DNA of 63,244 nucleotides, counting the filler, from Thraustochytrium aureum (Eukaryota), in the NCBI GenBank assembly GCA_012862495.1. It is 8 parts of 3 records of this genome, joined end to end, with 100 filler letters (N's around TTAATTAATTAA, not from the genome) between each part and the next. Parts side by side here need not be neighbours in the genome. Positions count along the whole stretch, not along the records: positions 34,367 to 53,782 come from BLSG01000232.1; positions 53,883 to 56,217 come from BLSG01000233.1; positions 56,318 to 58,409 come from BLSG01000233.1; 5 more parts are not named here. The stretch is one strand, 5' to 3'. Both the position numbers and the translations under genes were made by a program. The notes under the pieces were generated by a model. The model had not been told where the DNA came from. It did not search any database and saw nothing but the letters and a program-made list of their open reading frames with translations. Positions within the stretch are counted from its first letter, which is position 1. The number at the start of each line of letters is the position of its first letter. Below are positions 45,903 through 57,153 of this stretch, in pieces.

Positions 45903-48159
45903 TTTGTCTGATGCGCACGGCGCGCGCGTGCAACGCGAGCCTTGTGCTTGCGCGGACCACACGTCGGCGATATCGGTGAGGTGCGAATTGTGGCCATGCC
46001 ATAGCTTGCTTGATCCTGAAAGCGAGGGAACGTGTCAGCGAAGACCATGACGAAAAAACAAGAGGAAATTCTCTGCAGACCACTTTCTTGATGATGCAGG
46101 GTGGCAGCAGCCTGATGAAACGGGACGCCTTTGCGCGCCACAGAACCCGCGCGCTCAAGAGGCCCCAGCCACAGATCAAAGCAAGTCTCCGAGTACTCCA
46201 CCAACAAGCTGGCGGGGAGCCTCGCGATGATTGACGATGATGGCCTCTCGATCTTGACGACACGACACGTCCGTGGCAGAAGACTCGCTGCGTGAATCGA
46301 AAGGCGCGGTGCCGGGAAGCAAACGCTGGAAAGAAGACAGCAACACAAGCCGTCGTGGATCGTGGACCGTGGATTGACACGCGAGTTGAGACAAAAATGA
46401 CAGAGCCCTTCGAGGGCGGCGGTTTCGTGACGTTGATCACCCCAACGTCACTCTCCTCCACGTGGTCGCATGGATTCAAAAAGACCTCCGACACGTCACG
46501 GGGGGTCACGCGTTGACTTTTGATGGCCAGGAAATTTCCCTCGGGCAAACTTTATATAGCGGGCTAATTCTCCGAAATCCAGCTTTCGTGCAACGACCCT
46601 GCACACGGGATGAATGCACAACAGGAACAAAACCCATGGGGGGCAGACAGAGGGGGCCCGCTGCAAATCGGCAAGAGTCGCGGGTTCCAGACGCAGGGAG
46701 GCCCTCTCTGCTCACAAACCCTGTCCACACAAGTCGCCCACCACCGACGTTTAGTCCATCGCCGGGTTCCCCCGACAGCGCCTGCCCCCTGCGTCCCCGT
46801 GCCCCTCCCTGCACTCCGCCACCTCCATTCAGCAGGGAGGGCTCTCCAGTCCAACCACTGCCCTCCCTCCCCTCCCTCCCATGGTCAGTCCTCGCAGGGA
46901 GGCCTCAGGTGGTGCGAAGGGGGCATCTGGCGCATCCTCACATCCGCGCACTGAAGGGGGTGCCCTCTATTTGCAGTGAGCCAACTTTTCACCTTTTTTT
47001 CTTTTTTTCTTTTTTTCTCCCCTGTAGGTGAGGCCTGCCAGCCTGCCTCACAGAACGAACGAACGAGCAGTTCCTTGCGCGAGCTTCCGTGACTGTGCGC
47101 AAGGTGAGCGAGGAGCGTAACCACCTCTCCCCAAGTAGCAGAAAGGCGAGCACTGGTGAGGAGTACATTTGCATGCGGTATTCACAGAGTGCCACTGAGT
47201 AAGGAGAGTGCCCTAGCGTATAAGGTATTCACAGAGTGAATGATGAATGATGAGAAAGGCGGAGAAGGAGAGAAGGGGGAAAGACAGCGAACAAGTATGT
47301 GCGAGAGGGGAAGGAGGAGGACAAGGAGGAGGACAAGGAGGAGGAGGAGGAGGAGGAGGGAGTGGTGGCGNNNNNNNNNNNNNNNNNNNNNNNNNNNNNN
47401 NNNNNNNNNNNNNNNNNNNNNNNNNNNNNNNNNNNNNNNNNNNNNNNNNNNNNNNNNNNNNNNNNNNNNNNNNNNNNNNNNNNNNNNNNNNNNNNNNNNN
47501 NNNNNNNNNNNNNNNNNNNNNNNNNNNNNNNNNNNNNNNNNNNNNNNNNNNNNNNNNNNNNNNNNNNNNNNNNNNNNNNNNNNNNNNNNNNNNNNNNNNN
47601 NNNNNNNNNNNNNNNNNNNNNNNNNNNNNNNNNNNNGCCGAGTGCGCGAGTGAGCGAGGAGGGAAGGAGGGAAGGAGGGAAGGGTTCGGTTGGGCCGCGC
47701 GGTGGCCGGCGCCGTAGCTGCTGTTGTTGGGTTTGTCGCTGTTGTTGGGTGGCAGCAGCTGGGCGCGGCCTTCGTGGCGTAGCTCGGCCGGTGTCTGTCT
47801 GCCTGCCTGTCTCTCTCTCTGTGTCTGTCTGTCTGGGGGGGCTGCGGTGGAGCGGCGTGGGGCCGGGCTGTCTGTCGGTTGGGCGGTTGCGGGCGGCGCT
47901 CGAGAGCGAGCGGGGAGGAGGCCCGCGCGACGTGGATGCGGTGACGCACAGGACGCGGGAGGGCCAGCCAGACTACTCGAAGGCGAGTCGAGGAGGAGGA
48001 AGGCGGGCAAGGGGAGGCCGTGGCGGCGCTGGTGGCCTCTGCTTCCGCGCGAGGCGGCGCGCGCCACGCGCCGAAGGCGCGAGCGAGCGCTGGAGGCGAC
48101 CTGAGCGCGAACGCACGAACGTACGGCGGACGGCCCTGCGGGGCGGCCAGCGCAGCGAG

Positions 48160-48783
48160 ATGGTGACGGTGATGCCCTTTCTGGGCGCCGAGCGCGACGA
48201 GGCCTCAAAACAGCTTTTGCAGGTGATCGCCTCGATCTTGGAGCAGCTTATCAAAAACGGCGAGATGCAGCGGAAGAAGGATGTAAATAGAAAGCTGACC
48301 ATCTTCCACGGTCTCCGAGCGCCGTCGATCCGGCTGCCCGACTACCTGAACCGGATCGCGCAGTTCAGCGGGTGCTCGAACGAGGCGTTCGTGCTCATGC
48401 TCATCTACCTCGACCGTCTGGTCACGAACAAGGAGGTGCCGCTCGATGCACTCAATGTGCACCGGCTGGTCATCACGGGGGTTTTGCTTGCCGCGAAATT
48501 CTTCGACGACCACTATTTGGACAACTCGCACTACTCGGCCGTGGGCGGCCTCCCGCGCAACGAGATCAACGACCTCGAGCTGGAAATGCTGTTTTTGCTG
48601 GGCTTCAACCTCTTCGTCACGACTGACAACTACAACACGTATTACTCGACGCTGACCCACATGGCTCGGTCGTTGCCCAACCAGAACACGGCGCCGGCGA
48701 TCCAGCCAGTGCCGGCGATCCTGCGAAGCCCCGAGGAGCAACAGCAACAAGAGCAGCAGCGGCAACAACAGCAGCAACAACAA

Positions 48784-48818
<35 letters not shown>

Positions 48819-49257
48819 TGGTGTGCAGTTGATGCAACACCAGCAGCAAGTTGCAATGATGTCCACCGGCGGCGGTGCTGGTTCGCCGGTTGTCGCAGAA
48901 AGCGACGCCTGGGTGTGTGTGGATGCGCCTGGCGACCACGTTGCGGGACCTACCGTCTATACGTATCATGACGACTCGAGCTCTGGGATGTCCGTGGCTG
49001 CAGGCACAGACCCAAGTCTTGCTTACTATGGCGCGCCCAGCCAGCAGCCAGCAGCCCAGGTTGGTGGGTTCCTGGAGCACTTTCCGAATGGGCGGCCACA
49101 CGGCCAGCAGCAAGTCCAGGGCTCGAGCGCGGGGGCGCCGTGGCAGCCTTATCAAGGCGCAGACTTTGTTCAGGCTCCACAGCAGTACTTTCATGGCCAG
49201 CCAACACAGGCCCACCACCCCATGCAGCACGTGCAAATGACAGGTCACCACCACCAT

Positions 49258-49288
<31 letters not shown>

Positions 49289-49455
49289 TCTTTACGCACA
49301 CGGCGATCCCCGTGGCTCGCGACGCGCGACCGCAAGTTCAGCATCACCATCAGCATCGGCAGCAACTGTACCAGAGCTTGATGACATCCGCGCCAATGCA
49401 GGCACCGGGGCCGCCACAGCAGCAACCACAGCAGCAACCACAGCCCTGGGCTTGA
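48160..49455 (+). CDS. P/U-type (PHO80-like) cyclin with a polyQ/His-rich C-terminal tail
   Basis: FHGLRAPSIRLPDYLNRI, LIYLDRL, NVHRLVITGVLLAAKFFDD, YSAVGGL and EINDLELEMLFLLGFNL. Confidence 0.93.
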
Positions 49456-49860
49456 GAAAATCGATCGCTTTTTAGAGGTCGTCTGCCTTGATCTGCTAAA
49501 TGCAACGCGCCGTCGCGATTGGCCGTCGTCGTGTAGACCAGCGCGCGCGCGGGTTTCTCAGCGAGCTCGCACTCGTTTTTGTTTCGCGCAGCAAGGTGGG
49601 ACGCATAGGATTTGATTTGCTTTTTACTCTCTAGAGATCGGAAAACCAGTTGCGCATGCGGGCGGTTTCGCAGCGGGAAGCGATGCACGCGGTGCCGCTT
49701 TCTCGATGGGTGCTTACGCTCTACATGGGAGAGCGAGCGACAGGATTGCCGTAGATCGAAGGATTACAATAAATCGATGCCTAGGGCCCCGCCCCCATCC
49801 ATGCTTCAGCTGCGTGCGCTCACTCGTTCAACCTGCACCTCCGGACGCATGGCGCGTTTA

Positions 49861-52800
49861 TTACTTCTTGCCGCTGGAATCCGGCGAGTAAGCCGGGCTG
49901 GACGGCGAGTAGGCCGGGCTCGACGGCGAATAAGCCGGGCTCGACGGCGATACGCCGGACTCGAAGGCGATAGCCGGACTCGAAGGCGAGTAAGCCGGGC
50001 TGGACGGAGAGTACGCCGGGCTCGACGGCGAGTAAGCTGGGCTGCTCGGGCTCGCCGCATAGGCCGGACTTGAGGGCGAGTAGCCCGGCGAAGCAGGTGA
50101 AAACTCGCTGCGCTCCCGGCCCATCTGGTAGCTCGGGCTCGACACAACTTGGTGGCTCGGCGAGGAAGGCTGGTAACTGGGCGACGCGGGCGAGAACATC
50201 GCCCCAGGCGACGCGGGCCCGCCGGCTGGGCCCGGAGAAAAGGCGGCGCCGTCGCCTGCCGCGGGCGAAAGCTGACTGTAAAACTGCGGCGACATGGTGG
50301 GCGACATGGCCTGCGCGGCCGGCGAGTGCGCGCCAAGGTTGTCGCCATGGTGCCCGCCCTCCATCCCATCCTCCGGGTCCTCGGCATCGTAGAGCTCGAT
50401 AGCGTCCTTGAGCATCTCCTCATTCAAAAAGGGTCAAAGTGGCCGGTGCCCATCGGGCAAAGGTTANNNNNNNNNNNNNNNNNNNNNNNNNNNNNNNNNN
50501 NNNNNNNNNNNNNNNNNNNNNNNNNNNNNNNNNNNNNNNNNNNNNNNNNNNNNNNNNNNNNNNNNNNNNNNNNNNNNNNNNNNNNNNNNNNNNNNNNNNN
50601 NNNNNNNNNNNNNNNNNNNNNNNNNNNNNNNNNNNNNNNNNNNNNNNNNNNNNNNNNNNNNNNNNNNNNNNNNNNNNNNNNNNNNNNNNNNNNNNNNNNN
50701 NNNNNNNNNNNNNNNNNNNNNNGTTACCGAGCAGCAGGTTCTCCGAGATGGAAGCGAGCGGGTCGGACTCGGCAAAAGCAGCGGCGTCCATGAGAATCTC
50801 GACAGTCTCCTCAAACGAGCAACGCTGGAGCGGGCCCGACTCTTGCCGGTTGATGCCGTGGCGCGTCACAGGGCAGAGCTCGCCGCGCTGCGACATGACA
50901 TCCACCAAGATGCTGAGGTGGCGGTAGTTGACGTACGAGCCGTCAAAGGAGATGACCGCGCGGATCTCGTTCAGCAAAGACCGGCGCAGCGCCTCGGTCC
51001 CGAGCACGCCCCAAACCTCGATGCAGTCGTTCGACACGGTGCGGACGTGATCGACGCCCGGCTGGGCGAGAATAGCCAGCAGGTTCGAGCCGTCCGTGTC
51101 GAGCACCCACTCGACGTGCCTCTCCGACGCGCCGGTCGTGGGGTTCCACTTTTCCACCTTGTCGTGCTTGCGGATGTAGACCTTCTTGATCCCCGGCACG
51201 CCTCGCAGCCGCATGTTATCGAGCAGCTCGGCCTCAAGCTTGCGCAAAAAGACAAACTCGTCGACGCCAAAAATGAGGCTCTCAGAGCCAGCGCCCATAT
51301 CCCCGCCCTCGAGCGACTCTTTCTTGACACCATCGTCGCCGCCGCCGTCGCCAGCACCGGCGGACGACTTGCTCCGGCGGACGAGGCGGATGCGCACCAC
51401 GCACTGCTCCTCGTTTTCGTCGTTGGTGATGCAAAACACCGTGTCGCCAAAGTCGTTCTTGATGGCCTGAACGATCTCCGCGTTGGTGATGCTCTTGAAC
51501 CGCATCGTGCGCTTATCGGCCACAATGCGCAGCAGCCAGGGCGAGAGCATGTCTGGGGTGATTAGTTCGTCGTCAGGCATCTCCCAGTAGGCCTGAACAA
51601 AGTCAAAGTCGTCGTTGACGAGCGTGTTTTCAATGTCCGGGTCGAAGATGATGTTGGTCTCGATGGCGAGCTCGCGCAGGCGCGTGTACTCGAGCCGCGC
51701 CATGATACCGCTCACCGCGTCCCTGTCCTGGCGGTGGTCGGCGTCGAGGTAGACGGTCACAGAGGGCGTCTTGACGTTTTTCGCGCCGTTGATGATCTCC
51801 TTGAGCCGCGGCACGCCTAGCGTGACGTTCTTGGCGCTCACGCCCGCAAAGTGGAACGTGTTGAGCGTCATCTGCGTGGCCGGCTCGCCGATCGACTGGG
51901 CGGCCAGCACGCCGCACATCTCGCCCGGGTTCACCATCGACTTGTTGAAGCGCGACTCGATCTGGCTAATCACAGAGTCGAAGGCTTCGCGCGTGAGGCG
52001 GTGGCGGATGAGCACCACCTTGCTGGCCAAGACGCTGCGCAAGAGGATCTTGAACAGCGTCGTCGCGTTTTCTTGAGCCTCCCGGGAGAGCGGGTCGTCG
52101 CCGCCCACCACGATCAACCGGTCGATGAGCCCATACACCTGGTCGATCACGTAGACCGGGTCCAGGTCGGAGGTCTTGTTCTTGTCGATCTTGTACGTCA
52201 TCTGCGCGTTCCAAATCATGCGCTTCAGGTTGACCGGCAGGACGAGCTTGTCGTTCGTGGTCATGATACCGCCCGGCTCGCGCTCGTACATGATAAGGCG
52301 CAGCACCTGCTGGTCTTTGGCAATCTGCTCGGCCTCCCTGCGCAGTGTTTGGATGACCTCGGGCGAGTTTTGGATCTTGGAGATCACGGCGGGAAGCATG
52401 TACGGCTTCCCGCGGTGGTATCCAAAGTTGAGGTCGTTCGCGTTGTAGGCAAACATGTCTTCGAGCTGCGCCTTGCTGTAGCCCAAGAGGGGGAGGCCTT
52501 GCGTCTCGACGAACGCGCCGTCCATGCCGTCCTCGCCGTAGAGGAACTGGATGATGTCACCGCGTCCGTTGCGCACCGTGCCGTCGTAGCGCACCATGAC
52601 GTCCTCCAGCGCCTTTACGAGGCGGCGCTGGATGTAGCCCGTCTCGGCCGTCTTGCAGGCGGTGTCGATGAGACCCTCCCGGCCGCCCATCGCGTGAAAG
52701 TAAAACTCCTGCGGTGAGAGGCCCTTCAGGTACGAGTTTTCCACAAAGCCGCGCGACTCGGGCCCGAGGTCGTCCTTGTAAAAGTGCGGCAGAGTGCGGT

Positions 52801-53782
52801 TGCGGAAACCGTAGGGGATGCGCTGGCCCTCGACGTTTTGCTGCCCCACGCAGGCCATGATTTGCGAGATGTTGATCGACGACCCCTTGCTCCCGCTGGT
52901 CACCGTGGCCTTAAAGTTGTTCTCCACTGTCAGCGACTTGACCGACTCTTTGCCGGCGTTGTCTCGAGCGTCGTTGAGGCAAATGTTGACGTGGTCCTCA
53001 AAACTCTCCTGCATCGTGCGCCCGGGCTGCACCTTGAGCTCGCCGCGCTGGCCGTCTTTCACGAGCCCTGACACGGTCACTTTGGCGGCCGTCAGCACGT
53101 CTCGAACCTTGGCGAGCGTGTCGTCGTCGGCGATCGTGTCGCCCACGCCTACCGTGAACCCGTAGTGCAGGATGAAGTGGTTGCTGATCTTTTGGATCTG
53201 GTTCATCAGCACGCGCGTCAGCTCGGGGCCAAACTCGTTAAAGCACGTGTGCACGAGGCCGCCGGACTTGGCCCCCAGCGTGCTCTTGTCGATGATGCCG
53301 GTAATCACCTCGCCGTCCTGGATGAGCACCGTCGTGTCTTCCGGGTTGAGGTCGCGCGGGAAGACCTCCGCCTTGGAGTGCCCGTTCGCGGTGGCACGCA
53401 GGTTGATGCCCTTTGGCACGATCGTGGAGAACACCTGCTTGCCCGTCCAGAGGGCGTGGTACTGGCCCGGCTTGTTCTTGAGTGGCACCATGATGGCCGG
53501 GACGGGGAGGTGGCCGTCAAACTGGTCTACCCACATGAGGATGTTGAAGAGCTCGTTCTCGTTTACAAAGACATCGCGGCGCGTCATGCGCCACGAGGAC
53601 AGGAGCGAGTCCTGCACGATGCCCATCACCGGCCGGTTGCTTTGCGGCGAGACAATCACCTTGTTGACCATCATCATGGTCTCCGCCTCGGCGCGGGCCG
53701 TGAGGCTCTGCGGCACGTGCAGGTTCATCTCGTCGCCGTCAAAGTCGGCGTTGTAGGGCGACGTCACACTCAGATTTCATTC
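49861..53782 (-). CDS. RPB1: DNA-directed RNA polymerase II largest subunit, 5'-truncated at the contig end
   Basis: YNADFDGDEMN active site, HAMGGREGLIDTACKTAETGYIQRRL bridge helix, GEPATQMTLNTFH trigger loop, CSFEET, and C-terminal YSPSSPA heptads. Confidence 0.99.
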
Positions 53783-53882
53783 NNNNNNNNNNNNNNNNNN
53801 NNNNNNNNNNNNNNNNNNNNNNNNNNTTAATTAATTAANNNNNNNNNNNNNNNNNNNNNNNNNNNNNNNNNNNNNNNNNNNN
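53783..53882. other. Artificial contig spacer
   Basis: 44N-TTAATTAATTAA(53827-53838)-44N. Confidence 0.97.
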
Positions 53883-55094
53883 TTGCGTGTCTGCTGCAGC
53901 TGCTCCTTCCTCTCGACACGCCTTGGCTTCCTTCCTCCCATGTGCCTTTTACGTTTATTCTCTTGCTTTATTTATTGCCCTCCTTTGGTTCTTTTTCTGG
54001 TTCCTTTTGTTCGTTTCTTCGAGAGGAAGAACAACGTTGAGCCCGCCTCCTCTTCGGTTACGTGGCTCGCCACGCTCCTCTCGGCAAAACTACTTCAGGA
54101 TTCTCCCGCGGGGAGGTGTAGCTGGCGGTGAAACTGGGTTGTTGTTGTGCCGAGAGGAGGCGCTCGTGAGAGGAGGGAGGAGGGAAGGAGGAGGCAAGAG
54201 GGCTGAGGTGCCGTTGGGAGGAGGCACTTGCTGGCGATTTTGTGCCTCTCACAGGACGCAGGCACTATTCAAAAGCGGGGCACAATATCATCGCAAGGCC
54301 GCCGCTACCGCAAAACGCCGCGCGACGGACTGTCTGTTGCGCGACGCGACAGGAGCCCGCCCGCCCGCCCGCCTGCCCGCCCGTCTGCCTGCCTGCCTGC
54401 CTGATCAGGCCAGCCAGTCCTCCCCGGCATGGAGCCAGGCAGCCAGGCAGGCAGGCAGGCAGCCAGGCAGGCGTGCAGGCGTGCAGGCGTGCAAGAGGCT
54501 TCCACAGCGCTCGCGCCTCCACAGGCCCGCGNNNNNNNNNNNNNNNNNNNNNNNNNNNNNNNNNNNNNNNNNNNNNNNNNNNNNNNNNNNNNNNNNNNNN
54601 NNNNNNNNNNNNNNNNNNNNNNNNNNNNNNNNNNNNNNNNNNNNNNNNNNNNNNNNNNNNNNNNNNNNNNNNNNNNNNNNNNNNNNNNNNNNNNNNNNNN
54701 NNNNNNNNNNNNNNNNNNNNNNNNNNNNNNNNNNNNNNNNNNNNNNNNNNNNNNNNNNNNNNNNNNNNNNNNNNNNNNNNNNNNNNNNNNNNNNNNNNNN
54801 NNNNNNNNNNNNNNNNNNNNNNNNNNNNNNNNNNNNNNNNNNNNNNNNNNNNNNNNNNNNNNNNNNNNNNNNNNNNNNNNNNNNNNNNNNNNNNNNNNNN
54901 NNNNNNNNNNNNNNNNNNNNNNNNNNNNNNNNNNNNNNNNNNNNNNNNNNNNNNNNNNNNNNNNNNNNNNNNNNNNNNNNNNNNNNNNNNNNNNNNNNNN
55001 NNNNNNNNNNNNNNNNNNNNNNNNNNNNNNNNNNNNNNNNNNNNNNNNNNNNNNNNNNNNNNNNNNNNNNNNNNNNNNNNNNNNNNNNNNNNNN

Positions 55095-55401
55095 CTTCCA
55101 GCCCGGCGAGTACTGGGCCGTGGACGAAAACGGGATACTCGTCACGGAGGTCTTCGCACCAGAGACACCTAGGTCAAGCGTGGCCTCACGGGCCGCCTGG
55201 CTCGTTGCGCTTTTCGCGACCGCGTCTGCCCTCGTAGGTGGAGCGTACGTGTGGCTTGCTGTAGGCGCTGTCGCTGGCGGGGTGCCAGCGCTCGTCGCGC
55301 GCTCGTCCGAGCTCTTTGTGCCCATGGCGCGACTCGTCGATTCCGCTATCGTGACGCTCTGGTGGTTTCTTGGAGAGGAAAGAATAGCTACTCTGCACTG
55401 A
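55095..55401 (+). CDS. 3' end of an unknown membrane protein
   Basis: Open frame FQPGEYWAVDENGIL...AAWLVALFATASALVGGAYVWLAV...TLH* emerging from a gap. No family recognised. Confidence 0.4.
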
Positions 55402-55440
55402 TTGCATGTAAACACTGATTTTTGTTTTGCCATGCAAAAG

Positions 55441-55492
55441 CACCAACATTGCAAACCACCAACATGGCAAACCACCAACATGGCAAACCACC
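55441..55492. repeat. 16-bp tandem repeat CACCAACATGGCAAAC x 3.25
   Basis: Units at 55441, 55457 and 55473, between convergent 3' ends. Confidence 0.92.
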
Positions 55493-55608
55493 GGGCGCGA
55501 CCCCGTTCGATCTCGGCTGCTTGTACCGGAGAACCGAAGCGGCCCCGAAACAGAAAGCGAAACAGAGGACGGCTACTTCAGAGGCCCAAGCTCGGGGGAA
55601 ACATCTAA

Positions 55609-56217
55609 TTACATTGCCGCGGCGGCCTCTGGCGCAGCTGCCGCGGCCTCTCCCGCCTCGGCGGCCGGAGCGCGAGCCACGACGCGCCAGGCGGGAATCA
55701 TCGACAGCACGAACGTCTTGACAAAGTAGTACGTGTCCACAACCAGGCCGGGCGGCGCCTGGTCCACGGGCGCAACGTGGCCCAGCGCGTCGATCCCCCG
55801 GCGCCGCAAGAACTCGCTCTGGGCCTCGCGCGAGCCGATAATCGGCTCCAGGTAGCCGGCTTCATAAAAGTAATACAACGTCGCGCCCAGCACGAGGCCG
55901 TAAAAGTGCGGCGAGGACGTGTCGCTCGACAAAAAGTAGACAACAAGCGCGAGCCTGATGAGCAAGCGAACGTCCACAACCACGCGAAACCCGGCGTTCC
56001 TCTGCGCGGCGTCGGCCCCGTCGGCTGCCCCGCCTGCGCCGGCCGGGTTGGCGTCTGGCTGCCCCTCCGCGTCGCGCGCCTCGCGGCCTGGAAAGAAGCC
56101 TCCCGCCGCCGCGGCCTCCTCTTGCCCAGGCGCAGGCGTCTCCTCAGCCGCGCTGTTTGGTGCAACGTGGCCGCTGCCACCAGCCCAAGCCCAGGGCGGC
56201 CGGTGCGGCGGAAAGGC
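55609..56217 (-). CDS. C-terminal membrane region of a HERPUD-like ER protein, 5'-truncated
   Basis: LLIRLALVVYFLSSDTS..FYGLVLGATLYYFYEAGYL...FVKTFVLSMIP resembles the HERP-family C-terminus (..TFF.SL.P). The frame stays open to the contig edge. Confidence 0.55.
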   Translation of the reverse strand, partial: AFPPHRPPWAWAGGSGHVAPNSAAEETPAPGQEEAAAAGGFFPGREARDAEGQPDANPAGAGGAADGADAAQRNAGFRVVVDVRLLIRLALVVYFLSSDTSSPHFYGLVLGATLYYFYEAGYLEPIIGSREAQSEFLRRRGIDALGHVAPVDQAPPGLVVDTYYFVKTFVLSMIPAWRVVARAPAAEAGEAAAAAPEAAAAM

Positions 56218-56317
56218 NNNNNNNNNNNNNNNNNNNNNNNNNNNNNNNNNNNNNNNNNNNNTTAATTAATTAANNNNNNNNNNNNNNNNNNNNNNNNNNN
56301 NNNNNNNNNNNNNNNNN
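56218..56317. other. Artificial contig spacer
   Basis: 44N-TTAATTAATTAA(56262-56273)-44N. Confidence 0.97.
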
Positions 56318-56821
56318 GGCGGTCTCGTTTGCGCGTTTCTCGCCCAACGCAAGTTTGTGCTCGCCGGCACGCTAGACTCGACGCTGCGGCTCTGGAACTA
56401 TGCGCAAGGCAAGTGCGCCAAGACGTACAAGGGGCACAAAAACGAGCGATATTGCGCTATCTCGTGCTTCGCGACGGGGCCGGGAGGCACTTGGGTCGTG
56501 TCTGGTTCGGAAGACTCGAAGCTGTACGTCTGGGACCTCCAGAGCAAGCAGGTGGAGCAGCGATTGGTGGGCCACGAGGGCGTTGTGGTCGCCGTGGATG
56601 CGCACCCTTCGCTCGGCTTGTTGGCCTCTGCCGAGATAGCTCCAGACAACGCGGCTTCCTGCGTGCGGGTGTGGCGGCATACAGACGCTGCAGACGCCAC
56701 TGCTGGCGCGCCGGCGTCAGCACCGGCTGGGGCCGGGGCCGAAGAGGGCAGCGCTGCGCCCGCCCTGGCTGCCAAGTCTGAGAGCGCGGTGCCGAGAGTT
56801 GTGGTCGCGGGCCGCGAGTAG
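56318..56821 (+). CDS. WDR5: WDR5/SWD3-like WD40 protein (COMPASS subunit), 3' part
   Basis: VSFARFSPN[GKFV]LAGTLDSTLRLWNY..GKC.KTYKGHKNERYC...WVVSGSED..VWDLQSK....L.GH...HP closely follows WDR5. 1-nt frameshift at ~56348. Confidence 0.88.
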   Translation, partial: GGLVCAFLAQRKFVLAGTLDSTLRLWNYAQGKCAKTYKGHKNERYCAISCFATGPGGTWVVSGSEDSKLYVWDLQSKQVEQRLVGHEGVVVAVDAHPSLGLLASAEIAPDNAASCVRVWRHTDAADATAGAPASAPAGAGAEEGSAAPALAAKSESAVPRVVVAGRE

Positions 56822-56947
56822 CGCAAGGGACAAGGCTGGAGAGTGGAAAACAAGCATGGTTGGTTATTCGGCTCGGCGCGAGACACAGTGAGACGGCGGA
56901 AACAGGTAATCTTCAAAGAAGCAAACGAACAATGGCTGAACCAGCGC

Positions 56948-57153
56948 TTATTCCTCGTCGGCCGCCTCCTCCTCCTCCTCGGCGGCCTCGCCCTCGGCCT
57001 CGCCCTCGGCCTTGTCAGAGACAGCGGCGACCAGCTTGTCGGCGGCCTTGCCGGCCAGCTCCTGGCCTTGGCGGCGGCCTTCTCCTCGGCCTTGCCCTGC
57101 AGGTACCCAGCGGGGTCCGCAGCAAACTCCATGGCGCTCGCGACGCAGCCCAT
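56948..57153 (-). CDS. Small (~68 aa) acidic Ala/Glu-rich protein with an MGCxxS dual-acylation-like N-terminus
   Basis: MGCVASAMEFAADPAGYLQGKAEEKAAAK joins, via a 1-nt shift at ~57065, to QELAGKAADKLVAAVSDKAEGEAEGEAAEEEEEAADEE*. Third codon positions are strongly G/C. Confidence 0.55.

Noticed and set aside
46000..47370. Possible ncRNA or gene between ilvA and the cyclin
   Set aside because: I recognise no tRNA, snRNA or rRNA motif and the ORFs lack coding bias. A pyrimidine tract ending in TAG at ~47027 may be a UTR intron acceptor, but this cannot be supported further.
54355..54492. (GCCT)n followed by (AGGC)n, as terminal inverted repeats of a MITE
   Set aside because: These are low-complexity microsatellites common throughout the window, with no target-site duplication or defined ends visible.
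5276..57070. Programmed ribosomal frameshifting or mass pseudogenisation
   Set aside because: There is no shared slippery motif, shifts go both ways, essential genes are hit, and there is no accompanying excess of nonsense substitutions. Sequencing error is the simpler explanation.
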